DNA of 62,241 nt, filler included, from Porpidia crustulata (Eukaryota): the NCBI GenBank assembly GCA_964255105.1. It is 5 parts of 5 records of this genome, joined end to end, with 100 filler letters (N's around TTAATTAATTAA, not from the genome) between each part and the next. Parts side by side here need not be neighbours in the genome. Positions count along the whole stretch, not along the records: positions 1 to 12,385 come from CAXUWE010000540.1; positions 12,486 to 24,861 come from CAXUWE010000541.1; 3 more parts are not named here. One strand, written 5' to 3'. Made by a program: the position numbers and the translations under genes. Below the pieces are notes generated by a model. That model searched no databases, was not told where the DNA came from, and was given only the letters and a program-made list of their open reading frames with translations. Each line of letters begins with the position of its first letter. Within the stretch, counting starts at the first letter, position 1. This document shows, in pieces, positions 1-13,023 of the stretch.

Positions 1-392
1 TCACTAGTGTGAATTGGCGAGAGAAAAAGGATTAGGATGGAATGGGATGGCATGATTGTGGGTGAGAATTGGAAGCTTAGGTCGGCTTGAGTGGGTACTG
101 AGGTTTTTTGATCACAATAGCTATGTCTGCAGTATTAAACCATATTGCTCGTCCTGTTTAGAAGTTTCTGGTTGGTATCAAGCCTTTATTGGGCCTTAGA
201 TCTAGCTAAGGGTTGCATCACATATTGCTGATGTCACGTTTAAAATCGGCTCTTCGGCTGCCATCCAACGTAACTCACCATCGAAAAGCACGCCCCTTTG
301 CCGCGGATCTGAAAGCTACTAAACAACAATCGACAAGTCCATCAATCCTCCGAAAATTCCCATCGGAATCACTTTTCCACCTCTCGTGGACC

Positions 393-3300
393 TCAAGTAT
401 CCTGCGCCTCGCTCCTCATCGGCTTCACAAGGGATTCCTCATTCAAACGTATAAACTCATCGCAATGCGCAACCAGACCCAGCGCGTTGGCATCCCGGGC
501 AATCTCTCGAACCGCGTCGACGTTGTCCGCCCTGACAAGGATTTCCGCCTTGTCGAGGATAACGTCCTCGGTCATGACGTGTAGGGTTTTCAGAAGCCAT
601 CGATCGGTCGCGTGCAGGAGATCGAGCAACTCGTCCAATGTTTCGGCGACGTCGTCCTTGTCCGGGGGTGTCTGGACTGAGGGCCAGTCGACTGTACCGG
701 TGTAGGCGAAATCGACCATTTGCGAAAGAGTCACGAATCTCATGTCCTTAATATGGATTGTCGCGCCGTGCTCCAGCGAGACACCCCATTCACCCGAGAA
801 CTGGGCTTTGCAGTAGTCAGACACAGCCGCCACGAAGATTCTGTGGGCTGGCTTTCTACGGCCTTCTATCTCGAAGACAACATCAATGAGCTGTTGTTTA
901 TCGCGAAGGTTGAGGATTTCATTCAAAGCTTTGGTCATTGGATACTCATTCTGATCAGAGGAATTTTGGGGCACTCTGGCTGCAGGCTGAATTACCGCAT
1001 TGCAGCCTAGAGCCTGGATAAGTTTTTCATAAGACACAAGAAATCTCCTGGCGACTTTGATAAGACCAAAATCTACGGGCGAATTAAGGTAGAGCCGATT
1101 CGCTGACGTTAGACTGAGCTCTAGACTCTCAGCTGAAAATGTATCTGTATCTGTCTTATCGATGTTGAAGAAGATTTTGGCCTGTCTAATGCCTGGGATA
1201 TGCTTTGCGTACTCGGAATCATCTTGGAGGTAATTGTAAGATGCCTGGATATCTTTCACATATTCTGGAAGCTCCTCATCGTTGATCTGCTTGCACTGGC
1301 CAACCACATACTTGAGATGCTCGTAAACAGTCTTGGCGGTGGCTTTACCTCGTCGAGGGAGGCTTTCAAGGAACGTTGATACAGGATCTTTTTTGAGAAT
1401 AGGAAGTTGGCTCCAGATAATTCGCACATCGGCCGTTCTGCCTAGATCGAGAAGACAACGGTGGTCCTTGTCCGTTGCTAATTGGAGCATTCGGCTCTGA
1501 CGATATGTTGGCTGCTTCGAAACATCACAGTCTATGCGGAACAGTTGAATCCTTGCAAGCACTTTCCACGTCTCTCTCGACCATTCTCGGAAAGTTGGCT
1601 GATCCCAGAGAAGGTATGCTGCTACCTTTCCAGCATCTTTACAGAAATCCTGAGTCTGGCGTGACTCAGTAGACTGCCACCGTTTTTGGATTGCCTGGGC
1701 ACATGCAACGTAATCTTGTGATATATAAGCTCGGTTCGACTCGGATGATCGCAGACCGAGAGACATCCAATAATTGCGATCAGAATCAGACTTGGATAGT
1801 TTCTTGTGAAGAAATCGATTATCTTGTTCCATTCGAAAAGCAGATTGGAATAATTCATCTTGACTATCGTACAGCGATAATGGCTCACGAAATGTTCCAA
1901 GTCCGTCTAGGGCTATAGCTGTCACTGGTCGAATGTCAGAATTCGCGAGTTCTCGAATAAACTTTAAGTAATTGTCGATGCTAACGTCCCCAAGCGTTCG
2001 CGGTTGATGCTGTTGAGCAAGATTCCAGATCTCTTTGATCGACAGTACATGAACACCCAGAGCTTTTAACGAGGTCGCATAGTTATTAGCTATATCGGGA
2101 GAGACAAGGTTACCTAGGGCTTTCACAACCCAAGGCAGAAGTATGTTCGATGTCTTGCAGAACGTAGCATCTTTCGCAGGTATGTATTTTCGAACTTGTG
2201 CAGGCTTTGATGACAAGAAAGATGGCCACACAGGTAACAGTTGGAGTACTTCTTTTGATTCGATATAATTACCAGATCTTAGGTATTTCAGCAGAGCCAA
2301 TTGAAGAGCAATAATAGACGGCTCTTTGAGCCTTTCCAGCAGAAAATCCTGCGTTGGCATTTTGATTCGTTCTTCGATCCCAGACAGTACTCGTATCAGC
2401 CGCTCAAATGCAGCGCTACTTTGCAGGTCAAACTCGGCTTCTGCAAGAGCGTATGGTACAGCAGCTCGATCGACAATTTTCAATCCAGAGATTTCTTTGC
2501 AAAGAGTAGCATGAACGGTATTTTCGGGTTCCACCAAGTACGGATCTGCATCAAATTGACGTGGTGTTATATAATGCCAATCCTTGTCTGATTCGAATCG
2601 GTAAATTGGATGATCGTCAAGATTGCATTGACGGAGTTGCGCTGTAATTGTAATTGAAACTTCAGGGTCCTTCACTTTCTTCGATTTGCTCAGGACTTGA
2701 AGTCTTGGATTCACATAAGTCCAAAAGTTCAGGATCCATGAATCGCGGTCTTCTGGCGATTCTGGTTGAGCCAGCAACATGCCGAGATCTTCGATTTGCA
2801 GTGGTCGAATGTTGAATGGGCCTTTAACAATGTCTTCAGTTGGGTTCCTGAGGATTTCAGAGCTCGTGGTGGTCAATTGCCGTCGAAACGGCCTTGTGTC
2901 AACCATGGAATAAGCAGCAAAGTAAAATAGCTGCTGCTCTTCGTCTGTTGTCGCAAAAGTCCATACCTTCGCTTCAATCTTCGAGCTAAGCATTCCTAGC
3001 GATCCATCGAGCTTTGGCAATATCCGGCAACCTAACAACATCTCTAAAGAAGATGGATCAATCCCAATCGTGGGCACAATGGTCAGCATGACTTTTTCGA
3101 GTGCATCTTGTTTACTTCGTTGCCCTTCATCTGCAGCTATTGAGCCTAAGAACTCTTCTAGTAGAATGCAATTATCGTCTTTAGCAAACAGCTGACAAAG
3201 ATATTGTGAAGTCAATGTGACTGTATGCTGAGCAACGTCCGCGTTCTTGAAATTTGGCAGGAGTTTACTGGAAGGGCGTACAAGATGCGGACATATCTTG

Positions 3301-6300
3301 TTCCATAGCGGACGAAGTTTTTTCGACGTCGATTCGGGAAGGAGATCGAATTGGGCCGACTTCAATGAAGTAACTGCATGTAACTTTCTAGTTCTGCCAA
3401 TAGCCCTCTTCTTTGTCGCAGTAGAGCCAATCGGTACAGATTCTAAAGCTATCTTTGGGTAGATTTCGGACGCTATATGCTGAGCGTCAATAAGTTTCTG
3501 CCAGAAAGCTTTGGCCACGATTAAAGACAAGGGGCTCAAGGACAAGCCGGATACGGAATTAGAAGGCCAAAATTGAAACGTTGCGGCACCAAGCTTCGGC
3601 GCTAGATCTTTTAGAAAATCCAAATAGAATTCTGGAAGACAATTTGTCAGAAGCCAGTAGTTCCACCTAGAAAAGGTTGCATCTCTCCGTTGGTCTTCCC
3701 AAGGAATTGTTCGCCGATCACCAGTTATGGCAAAACTGGAATGGAAGGAGATAGGAAGCCGTGATTCGAACGGAGTTGGTAATTTACAAAAGACTCTATG
3801 ATCGTTTACCACATGCGATAGGCAAGCGGCAACGCCACATTCGGAGATCTTCTTTGACCCCCTTCCAGGATTGACAAGGTCAGTGGGAAAGTCCTCAATA
3901 TCTGTTGTACCAATGCGCCAGACCTCTTCTGAAGTTTTTTGATTCTCCATCGCAGCCGAGAGCTTTACCCGCCAGAAAATGTCGTCCTCGGATTCTTCCG
4001 AGCGGTCCGCCGAGACCGACCAACTACTCAACGTCTTGCCTCGAACCTGGAACAAAATTGATTTGATGTTACGTAGGAACAGTAGGGCCTTGCGAGCATC
4101 CGTGTAATACTTTTCCAGGAGCGTTTTGACTCGAGCTGAGTCCACGAATGTTGAACTCTCCGTCAAAAGGGTCATCTTCCCAGCAGGCCTGAAGGGCAAT
4201 CTGAACAGGGTACCATTGTAATATTCAAGGTCTTTGCTGTAGTCGCAAAGACCATCGAAAGGGATGAGTTGGTCCGGGCACAGGCGACGAGCTGCTTCTA
4301 ATGGTATTTTGACGCCAGCCTTATGTTTACGATGTCTGTTCTTTGGCAACATCTCTTGTTGAGGATCGAGGATGAGCATGAATCTCCCAGATACAAGTGC
4401 AGGCACATCTGTGAAGTGATACATGCTCAAAGCTCCCCTTCCGAACATGCCTGTCGTGGTAACGTCGTTGCTCTTACCACCTTGCCCGATCTCCTTGAAT
4501 CCAGCATAATTTGTCTCCGTAAAGACTATCAAATGCATTAGTACCCATGAAGAGAATAGAAACTTGACATAGCACATAGGAGGATAAGCGACCTACCTCC
4601 ATCATTGTGAGCGAAAAGCGCAGCACCTTGCAAAGGCTGTAAGTCAGCCGTCAGCAATGCCAACGATTGATGTGGACCATTTTCGCATTCGTCTAAAATC
4701 CAAGACATAGAAGTTGCGCGACAATCATCAGCATTTGCAAGAAATTCATTGAAAGTGCTCTCGATAGGATACTGCCCTAATGTGTCTGAGATGACTGTGG
4801 CAAGCGTTTCGCGTGGAGTGTATTCGTCTTCATCCTCGTCCTCAAATTCTATCTCCAGCCTAGTAGCACGGTCTAGCGAGTGTTCAACTTCAAGTCGCTG
4901 GATTAGGTCCGCAGATATGGCAGGGTGAGCAAAATTGAACGTAGCGACTGTCTCTGTTACATTGAGATCTCCATAAACTATGTCAGATATTGGTCTCAAG
5001 ATGGATCTTGTGTCTGGGATCATGATATTAACAGCCTGCCGATTTTTATTCAAGCGAGCAAGGATCTCGAGCGAAGAGATGGCCACGTCGAGATCTGAAC
5101 CTTCGAGCAAGCCTTGATTGCTATCCTTGAGGAGGGCTTGGACAATCACGATATCTTGCAAGGTCACCTCATTGCGGACACCCAATTCTGATAGTATCTT
5201 CGAGTGTCGACGCTTAAAGTCAATATCTACCTCATCAAGATAAGGCTCCATGGGATATTTTGGTAAAAGTTTACTTTTGGTAAATACTTTGTCTGGGACA
5301 AGATAATTCTTTCGAACGCCTAGCACGCAGCGCTTGGCCTTCAACGCAGAGTATGCGGTGGGATCAAATTTATGGCCTAGATATTCGAGTATGTGATCGA
5401 TTTTGCCATGCTCCTGTTCTGCTAGGCAACAATCTAGCTGCCGCATGAGGATGTCTAAGTCAATGAGTTTGTCCCACCCTAGTAATTTCTTCCAGCCCTG
5501 GTTGACTGAGAAGCGAGAGGTTCTTAAAATGTGATCTACGAGGTCGCTCTCATCAGTGGCTCGGCATTCAGCAGGTGTAACAAGGATCGGACTGGATCCC
5601 GAAATCGAAATAGCAGGAAGCCATCTCAGCGTTTTGATCTTGGCAATCGAGGACTCAGAGGAGCTCAGATCCTGGTGGACCAGCAGCTGAAGCAAGCGCT
5701 TTACCTTGGCCTCAAGTTTAATTGCATCTACGCCACATTGAGAGTAGTGCTGTATTTGCTCCAGAGGTGTATCCCACTTCGGCTTAGTGCTGATACCGCA
5801 GAATTTAAGGGCCTCTTTATGCCGTCGGAAGAATTCGGGACATGGGAAAACCGATTCGCTCTCAAAATAGAGCTGTGATAGTGGAGAGGTCGGGTCAACC
5901 ATGCCTGACAAGCAGCGATACTCTCTGTCAAGACTGTTGTCAGAGACCGGAAGGGGAATGATTGGGGCTTCAGAAAATATCGGTTTAAGTGGCGTAGTCG
6001 CATAGCGCATTTGCTTGAATACAAATTCGATGAGCGCTGGCTTTGCAGCGATAAAAGTGTCATCCTTCGCGGACGTCGCCCAGGGTACTAAGTGATGTTC
6101 GAGTAAATCGGCAGTACTTATTTGTTCTACTAGATCAAACGATCTACCAAACTCTTATCGGCATGTTCTCTTAGATCATAAAATGAGACTCCGTTAATCT
6201 CAGGCAGGAGAGGGAGATTTTCCGGAGCTGCAAAAGCGTGATGAGGGAGAGAGGCGTTGCTGCAAGGCACTTCATCGAAACCCCCACTACCTTGGAGATC

Positions 6301-9048
6301 ACACATTGTAGTAATCCGTTGCGTGAAGGGGAATTCGGAGGAAACTCGACTAAATATAGGCAGGATTTTTAACTGAGTAGCAATCTCCTGTTTCCTAGTT
6401 GCGATTGAGCCTTTATTTCTTGCAGGCTTGTCGAGATGTTGCATTATGTATCGCTTCTGCTCATCGGATTCTGTTGAGAGAAGCTTCCTACCCGCGACTA
6501 ACCATGTCAATAATCCTTCGAGGTCATTAACTTCTGCAATACGTAGTCTTGGAGTTGACCTCGCAATTTTTTTCAATAGCTTTATAGCTTCTGCTGGCAG
6601 TAGCTCAGTGTCAAGAATTGGTGGAGCCATATCAGGATCCTTCAAACCCAGGTTTTTTGCAAGACCAAAGAGAGGCTCAGTCTTAGTAATTATCAATAGT
6701 TGTTGAGCTTTTGGACAGGGAACACATTGACGAAGCCGGAGGCTGTTAGTTGGGACGAGCCATAGATCGTCTAATTGGGGAGGCAATTGGCCCTCTTCTT
6801 CAAATCTCGCGCAGATCCATTCCCATATTTTATTGATAGTCGATTCTTTTTCCACGTTCGAGCGTAAGACCCAAGTCCCAAAGCCACCGGACGGTTCGAC
6901 CAAAGGATAGACGATCGGCCAATCTTCTGCAAGATCCGCCAATCTACGATATTTGACGTTTGCCAATTTAGAGACCATGTCTTTCATTAACGATTCTAGG
7001 GTCTGAGCTGTTAGACAATTGAGGTCAAGCGTTCGTCCTTTCATGCTATCAGCGAATAGATCCATTTCCTTGATGTTCCGCGGGAGTAGTAATTCCTTTT
7101 GTCCAGATGCCGAAACTGAGTTATCCAAGGTAGGCCAAAGAGCAATATCACCTAATTCATTGTAAACCTCTTTCGAGAGATGTCGTCAGATCTATGCTGC
7201 AAATCAGACAGGCAATATTCTAGAAGTAGCGCTGAGAGTGCACGAGGTATCTTGAGTAGTGTGAAAGTCTTATCGGAATGCAAGTATGTTCGCACCGCTT
7301 TTGAAGTCGTCCACATTATCGCTGTGGGGTCTGCAGTTCTGTGCTGCAACTTCTCAAACAAAGGCTGTTCAAGATAAATTACCGCGACTCCTGCTTCAGC
7401 CAGGGCCGCCGCGTATTTGGTAATCTCACGTTTCGTTTCAGAGAAGAAACCTTGTTGAATAGTGACGCATTTCTTCAAGGTAGGTAACCGATTCTCTATT
7501 GCCATATCGATTATGTGATCGTCCAAACGATCCCATTGATTGATCGATACTTCTGTTACCTTTGGCCAAAGACTAAAACGTTCCGTGAAACAAGAAGTCG
7601 AGCTTTGATGATGTAAAATTTCCGTCCAAGCTGAAGAGACGCAGCTTGCAAACAGGAAATCATGCCATTTTGTAGCAAAGTCATCAGATCCCGAAACTTG
7701 TCCCGAAGAAGTCAATCGACCACGATCCGGAGTTATGGAAAAGAGGCCATGTATATGTACAGGATGATTCGTCAAGATTGGTAGTCTTAAGGTGGAAAAG
7801 AGCCGTCCGACAAACGCCTCTTGGTGCTGTCTCATAATTGCTGTTAGTCATAAGGCCACAGGAAGGTAATCAACTAGGTCGCTGAGGCAAATCGGTACCA
7901 ATTGGAGTGGGTATAAACAGTTTGACTGACCTTGATAGGGGCTGCCACGGCTACCCAGGCGAAAAGCTTTCGATCTTGCGCCCACTGATCCAAATTCTTA
8001 TTCCCACTCGATCTAGTCATAGTATGATGGACTAAATATTGATAGGTTGTAGAAATCTTCTCCGCAGTGAATTCTATGTCGACATTGAAGGGCTTGGGTT
8101 AATCTCGTTCCGTGCCTTGATCTGAGGCCAATGTGAAGACCTTTGCAAAGTCCGAAGGTATCTGTTGACGTGCTCTATACGATATTAGAATTAACGAGGT
8201 ATTCGAAGGTCCAATCAATGATTACTGACTTCAAGCATTGCTGATGTACCTTCGCTTCCCAAATTACGTCGTCATCAATTCGGACAATAACCTTCTCAAT
8301 GTATCGAAGGAATAGCAATCCTCCTTCTCTAACTTCTCGCCCGAATTGATCTAGGGCATCTTTAATCTCTTCTCTTGTAATTTCGCGATTCACAGTCTTG
8401 CTTGTCATAGCCTGAGCTTTGGTGCGAAGCGGAATACGAATGATCGTTTCGTCAATCTCTCGTGAAACGTCTATATTGAAGGCTTGAAACGTCTTTAGAT
8501 GATTCTGAATCTCCTGACAATTCTGCTCTCTAACGACATCCCAGGTTGGGCCCCCAGGTTGACCTGACTCTATAGACCATCGCTCGTGAGGATCGAGCAA
8601 TAGAAGCCATTTCCGAGAATATACCCATGGTCCGTCCGTCTAGTGATAGATAGAATTGAACCCTTGGCCGAACTTGCCGGTAGAAGTCGCGTCATGTCTC
8701 TTTCGGCTGTCTCCAACCGAAAAGAGGCTGGCAAAGTCTTCATCTCTAAACACGCTGTTGTTTCGGGCCAGCAGAGCTGGACCGTGATACTCACTCAGGC
8801 TCTCATAGAGTAATGGGGAATCTGAATAAGTGTTCGTATCCAGCACATACTCCATGACTGTAGCTTTGGCATCGTCTGCATTCTGTAGTAATTCTCTGAG
8901 ACAGGTGTCAGACAAATAACTCTCACAGATGCTCCTTAGCCCAGTAGTGATCGGCTGTTGCTATTGGTATCTGTCAGTCGATGGCAGATCCTGATGAGAT
9001 TACCTCACTCACCTGATGGAAATTCTTTGTTACTAGTGGGGGTGCCAT
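393..9048 (-). pseudogene. Giant sacsin-like protein (two GHKL/Hsp90-like sacsin ATPase modules plus C-terminal BTB/POZ domain), ~2,800 codons, disrupted in its 5' third
   Basis: ATG at 9048; GT-AG introns at 9012-8961, 8229-8175, 7930-7827 and 4596-4526. Module 1: LRELLQNADDAKA, NNSVFRDEDF, TGKFGQGFNSIYH, KLFAWVAVAAP, GRLFSTLRLP-PVHIHGLFSITPDR. Module 2: FNEFLANADDCRA, HNDGVF, TGMFGRGALSMYHFTD, LPISFHSSFAITGDRR. BTB: DVVFEIEGRRKPAHRIFVAAVSDYCKAQFSGEW. Lesions: in-frame TAG 8642-8640, in-frame TAA 8101-8099, apparent 1-nt deletions at ~7172 and ~6138. Confidence 0.85.
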
Positions 9049-9956
9049 GTTCTGATGATCGGATAGAAGCTTGAGAAGTAAGGTAGAAAAATGGTATGAT
9101 GGATGAATAAGCCGTGAGGCCCAAAAAGGAGGAGACTTGATCTATATGTTGAGGTATGGGCAACGTATGAAAAGCGAGCGCGCTGTTGTGTCGCCAGATA
9201 GCAGGTAAATAAGAGGTTCAGTGAGACACGAAAAAAAGTGAAAGTTTTCATTCAGATCGGAGTGTTGAAAGATTACTTGATTCACTGCAAGGGAACCTGC
9301 CTAACTTCGAAATGATCAAGGACTAGAATGGGAAGCTCTGCTACAGACAGCTGCCACATCCTCCGTAACCAAACTTCATGGTACTGGATTCTTTCTTGTA
9401 GATGCTCTACGCGTGTTTTAGTTCCCCCCAAAAGGCAGAAACGCCTTTACTACTTTCAAGGTCTCATCAGCCTTTTCATGCATTCGTCATCGGGATATCT
9501 CATTCAGCTTGCATATAAAGGAATGCATTTTGAAAAGTCCTTGGCTTGGAGAGTGCAACGACCCGGGACCACCTGTGTGTCCCAGCCTTGCTGCACAGTA
9601 GCTGTGCCCCACTAACATGATGCTTGGGGTCGAGAACAGGTGGAAGGCTGTTTTATTTATAGTCATATCAAAAATGAGAGTTATAGGTCAGCGAAGTAAG
9701 TCCAGAGAGACCAAGCCAAATGATGTAAATGAGTCGTGAGGTCCAGCTACGATCGTTCATGGAGGTGTTGAGAAAAATCTTGGTGTCAGTTTACCGTACA
9801 CTATCCGCGTCAGCCTTACACATCATGACGGCAAATACCGAGCAACAAGCAGTGCTGCTGTCCGCTGCACCAACGAATCAAATTTGATTCGTGTTTGCTC
9901 AACAGGCATCTACTGGGCCAGGAAGTGGCGTGCATCATCAATGAGACCCTTGCGAA

Positions 9957-10627
9957 ATGTCTTTGACCAATATCTGGCATCTGCGAAAAGTAGCAGAGGC
10001 ATCAGCAAAGCCATGCGAAATGATATGCTTCAAAGCGACTTCAAGCGTCTTGATTACCCCGGACAACAGGGTCTACAACGCAAACCCTTGAATACATCTC
10101 CTCCAGCTTACAGGTTTCTTAGGATCATTTCTACGTTTGCCAAGGCCATCTGAAGGACAAGGGTTTTGCTAGCCCGATCATTGATGAAAGTAGAGTGGCT
10201 GCCCAAAAGAAAGACGAAATGGATTGGGAGATCGAAGCAATCAAGAAAGAATATGAAGAGAAGCTGAAGAGGAAGAAGAAAGAAAAGGATAGTAAGACTA
10301 AAGAGAAAGAAAAGGACAAGAACGACGAAAAGAAGGAAGACGGAGACGAGAAGGAGGCAGAAAAGGAGAAAGACGATAAGGTGAGCATTCTGAGCGTGAT
10401 TGCTAGCGTCCATGGGTACTGACTGTGCGCTATAGATCAAAGCAAGGACTTCTGGGCAGCATGTTGCGTCTACAGCCGAAGATGTCCCCCGAATATACGC
10501 CCTTAACAAGGTTTTCTATCAGAAGCGACTGGATCGACTGAGAAATCTAGAGACTGCCAAGAGGAACAGGGAACGCCTCAAGAATCCTACATTGTTTCCA
10601 AGTGTACCCAGGAGCAATCCAGACTGA
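9957..10627 (+). CDS. VFA1: Vps4-associated protein 1-like (DUF1742), 3 exons
   Basis: Spliced translation MSLTNIWHLRKVAEASAKPCEMICFKATSSVLITPDNR/DHFYVCQGHLKDKGFASPIID, then a Lys/Glu-rich coil, then PRIYALNKVFYQKRLDRLRN...FPSVP. Introns at about 10071-10122 and 10381-10436. Confidence 0.85.
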
Positions 10628-12251
10628 GCTATCACTGTCCGCTGTATGGGCTACTCGTCTACCCCTAGAGACAGCGCCATACTTATAAAACCAAATACGA
10701 TGCATCAAGGTCCGTCATATCCCTCTAAGCAGTAGTTCCGTGTCCGGTGGTCGTCCCGCTTCCCTGAATATCCAGGGACTCGATGAATGTGAGGAAGGTG
10801 TCGTGAGCCAAGATAGTATGCATACCATCTCGGCCGATAATCAAAGGCTTCAAGCTGACGCACCCCCCCTACCCTTCACGCAGACCACGCCTTTACTGTC
10901 TCGGCCTTGTTTCTGGGACTTTTAAGAAGTATTCGCTACTAGCTCTAAAGATATTGGCAACGACTACTTAGTCTGCAGTGTAAAACGCCTGTATTGACGG
11001 GCGATGTGCATCGAAGAATATTGAAAACCCAAGAGTGTTGGTGGAACGCTAGGCAGAACGCTAGCGTCGACAATTGCAATTTGTCATGCATCATGAATAT
11101 TCTGATGTATCTTGATCAAAGTGTCGATGATCTCGGCAATTGTCCTCTATCTGTTAAGCAGAAAACACTACCTTTCGCAAGTACGATAGACTGCCTGGCC
11201 GACCAATGAATCATCATGTCCTTTTGGGCCTTGGTCCTGTCTGCTCTTGCTGCATTGAGTAAAGAAAGGTCATTCGGTGATAATACCACTGTGAATGACG
11301 TGGCTCACGTCTTCACACATCAATTGTCTTGTTAATCATGAGGTGTGGCATTATCTCAATCAAGGCACCAGTCACCAAATAATACCGAAGGGGCCTCAGA
11401 TAGCCAGCATTGCTTAAAGTCGTCTGGTGACTACGATCGACAGTCTTCATACATACATGTACGACGAAAGCCAATTTCACGCTGAATAATAATCCTCCAC
11501 GAACTCGCGAGTCTTCGAGTCCTAAAAAATGGTAGTCACGGCGACATGGGGGCTAACTACTGGATCAAGCGCTTAGCGAAACCCTTCGTTTTAAAATCCC
11601 TTTTTCGGCTCATTGTTGATCTGCCGCCAGATAGTCTTGCATAAGCTCATCCCAATCCAACAGCGGTAGGTGCCGTGATGTTCATTCCGCTATGGCGATC
11701 AACGACCTCGTTCGAGGGACATACCCTACTTCGAATGCAACTCAGTCTCTTACGATAAGGCATACGGGACTGTAAATTATCGCCAGCTTACGAAGCGAGA
11801 CGCCTTCATATATGCGAGTCTCACCTAAACTGGCAGGTACCAGGAAACCCTATGGCTTACAGACAACTAGACTCCAAGATGACGTTCGCAGCACTGATAT
11901 TGCATCACATCCGCAATAACAGAACGAGAGACCTTGAGGCCTGACAAACAGATTCTCACTCCTCCGAACCTTCTAGAATGTCCAAGTTCTACTTGCGGTA
12001 CTCGCCGACGTCAACAGTTGCCCCCGGAATTTCCTAGATCCCCGCACGAATATGGCCCACCATTCGCATTGCCCTTCCTAAAGTGTAGCTCTCCAGCAAG
12101 CCATGGGTCCGGAATGAAAATCCCTTGCTCTATTCTGAAAGGAGTTTTGTCGTTGGAGATACCGGGACGTTCCGGGCCCTCTTCCGCGACTCCGGCCAAA
12201 GCCTTGGCTCGTAGTTGGGCCGGTCCTTATAAATCCCGCAGGGCTGTTCGA

Positions 12252-12343
12252 TTCCTGGCTAGCATTTCTAATCCATATTAGAAGTATCTCTGGAAGGTTC
12301 TTGGCTAGCATTTCTAATCCGTCTCAGAAGCGCCTGTGGAAAA
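12252..12343. repeat. Degenerate 46-bp tandem duplication
   Basis: TGGCTAGCATTTCTAATCC occurs at 12256-12274 and 12302-12320; both copies are followed by N5-AGAAG-N6-TGGAA. Confidence 0.75.
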
Positions 12344-12385
12344 ATGCAGCGCTTCAAACGTCTCCATTACACACAGTATTACCTC

Positions 12386-12485
12386 NNNNNNNNNNNNNNN
12401 NNNNNNNNNNNNNNNNNNNNNNNNNNNNNTTAATTAATTAANNNNNNNNNNNNNNNNNNNNNNNNNNNNNNNNNNNNNNNNNNNN
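12386..12485. other. Artificial contig-joining spacer
   Basis: 44 N + TTAATTAATTAA (stop codons in all six frames) + 44 N. Confidence 0.98.
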
Positions 12486-13023
12486 AGGCGGTGGTAGTAG
12501 TGGGTAATGGGGGGAGATGGTGCACATTGGGGGAGATGGGGCAAATGGGGGGACAGGCGAGAAACGGTGGTGCTGAGATCATGGATGAGTGGTGAGATGG
12601 GAGTGGGGAGGGCGTGAGATGGGAGTAGTGAGTGCATAGGGAGATAGGGGGAGAAAGGTGGGTTGGATATTTTTCGATGGAAGAAACTTGTTGCGAGAAA
12701 CACAAAACACGAAATGGGCAGTTTAGTAAAGTTCAACGTGGCGCATAATTTGAAAGCCACTAGCGCTATCTCGCAATCGTGAAAACCTCCATCATCAAGC
12801 TCAGAGCTCGCAGGTCTAAATCGAAAACACCCAAGTAAACGACAACGACGACGACGGCGCCGAAGTTTCAAGCTGAGCCGGACGCCTCAGGAATGCAGAC
12901 TGCACGACGCATCGAAATGAAAGAACGCCAGGGTAGAATCAGTTGAGATATGCTTTGACGCTGGAAAGATATGTATTGAACGCCGCTGACCCCGCGAGCC
13001 ATCTCATCCGTGGAGAAAAGTCG

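Noticed and set aside
11210..12281. Signal-peptide-like short ORF (MSFWALVLSALAALS...) and ORFs at 11934-12311 as a gene or relic
   Set aside because: Stops after about 40 codons; I could not build a consistent splice model or recognise a domain.
12430..12441. TTAATTAATTAA palindrome recurring about every 12.5 kb as a biological periodic element
   Set aside because: It is always embedded in N44 blocks and is an artificial six-frame-stop linker. The apparent periodicity comes from size-sorting of contigs.
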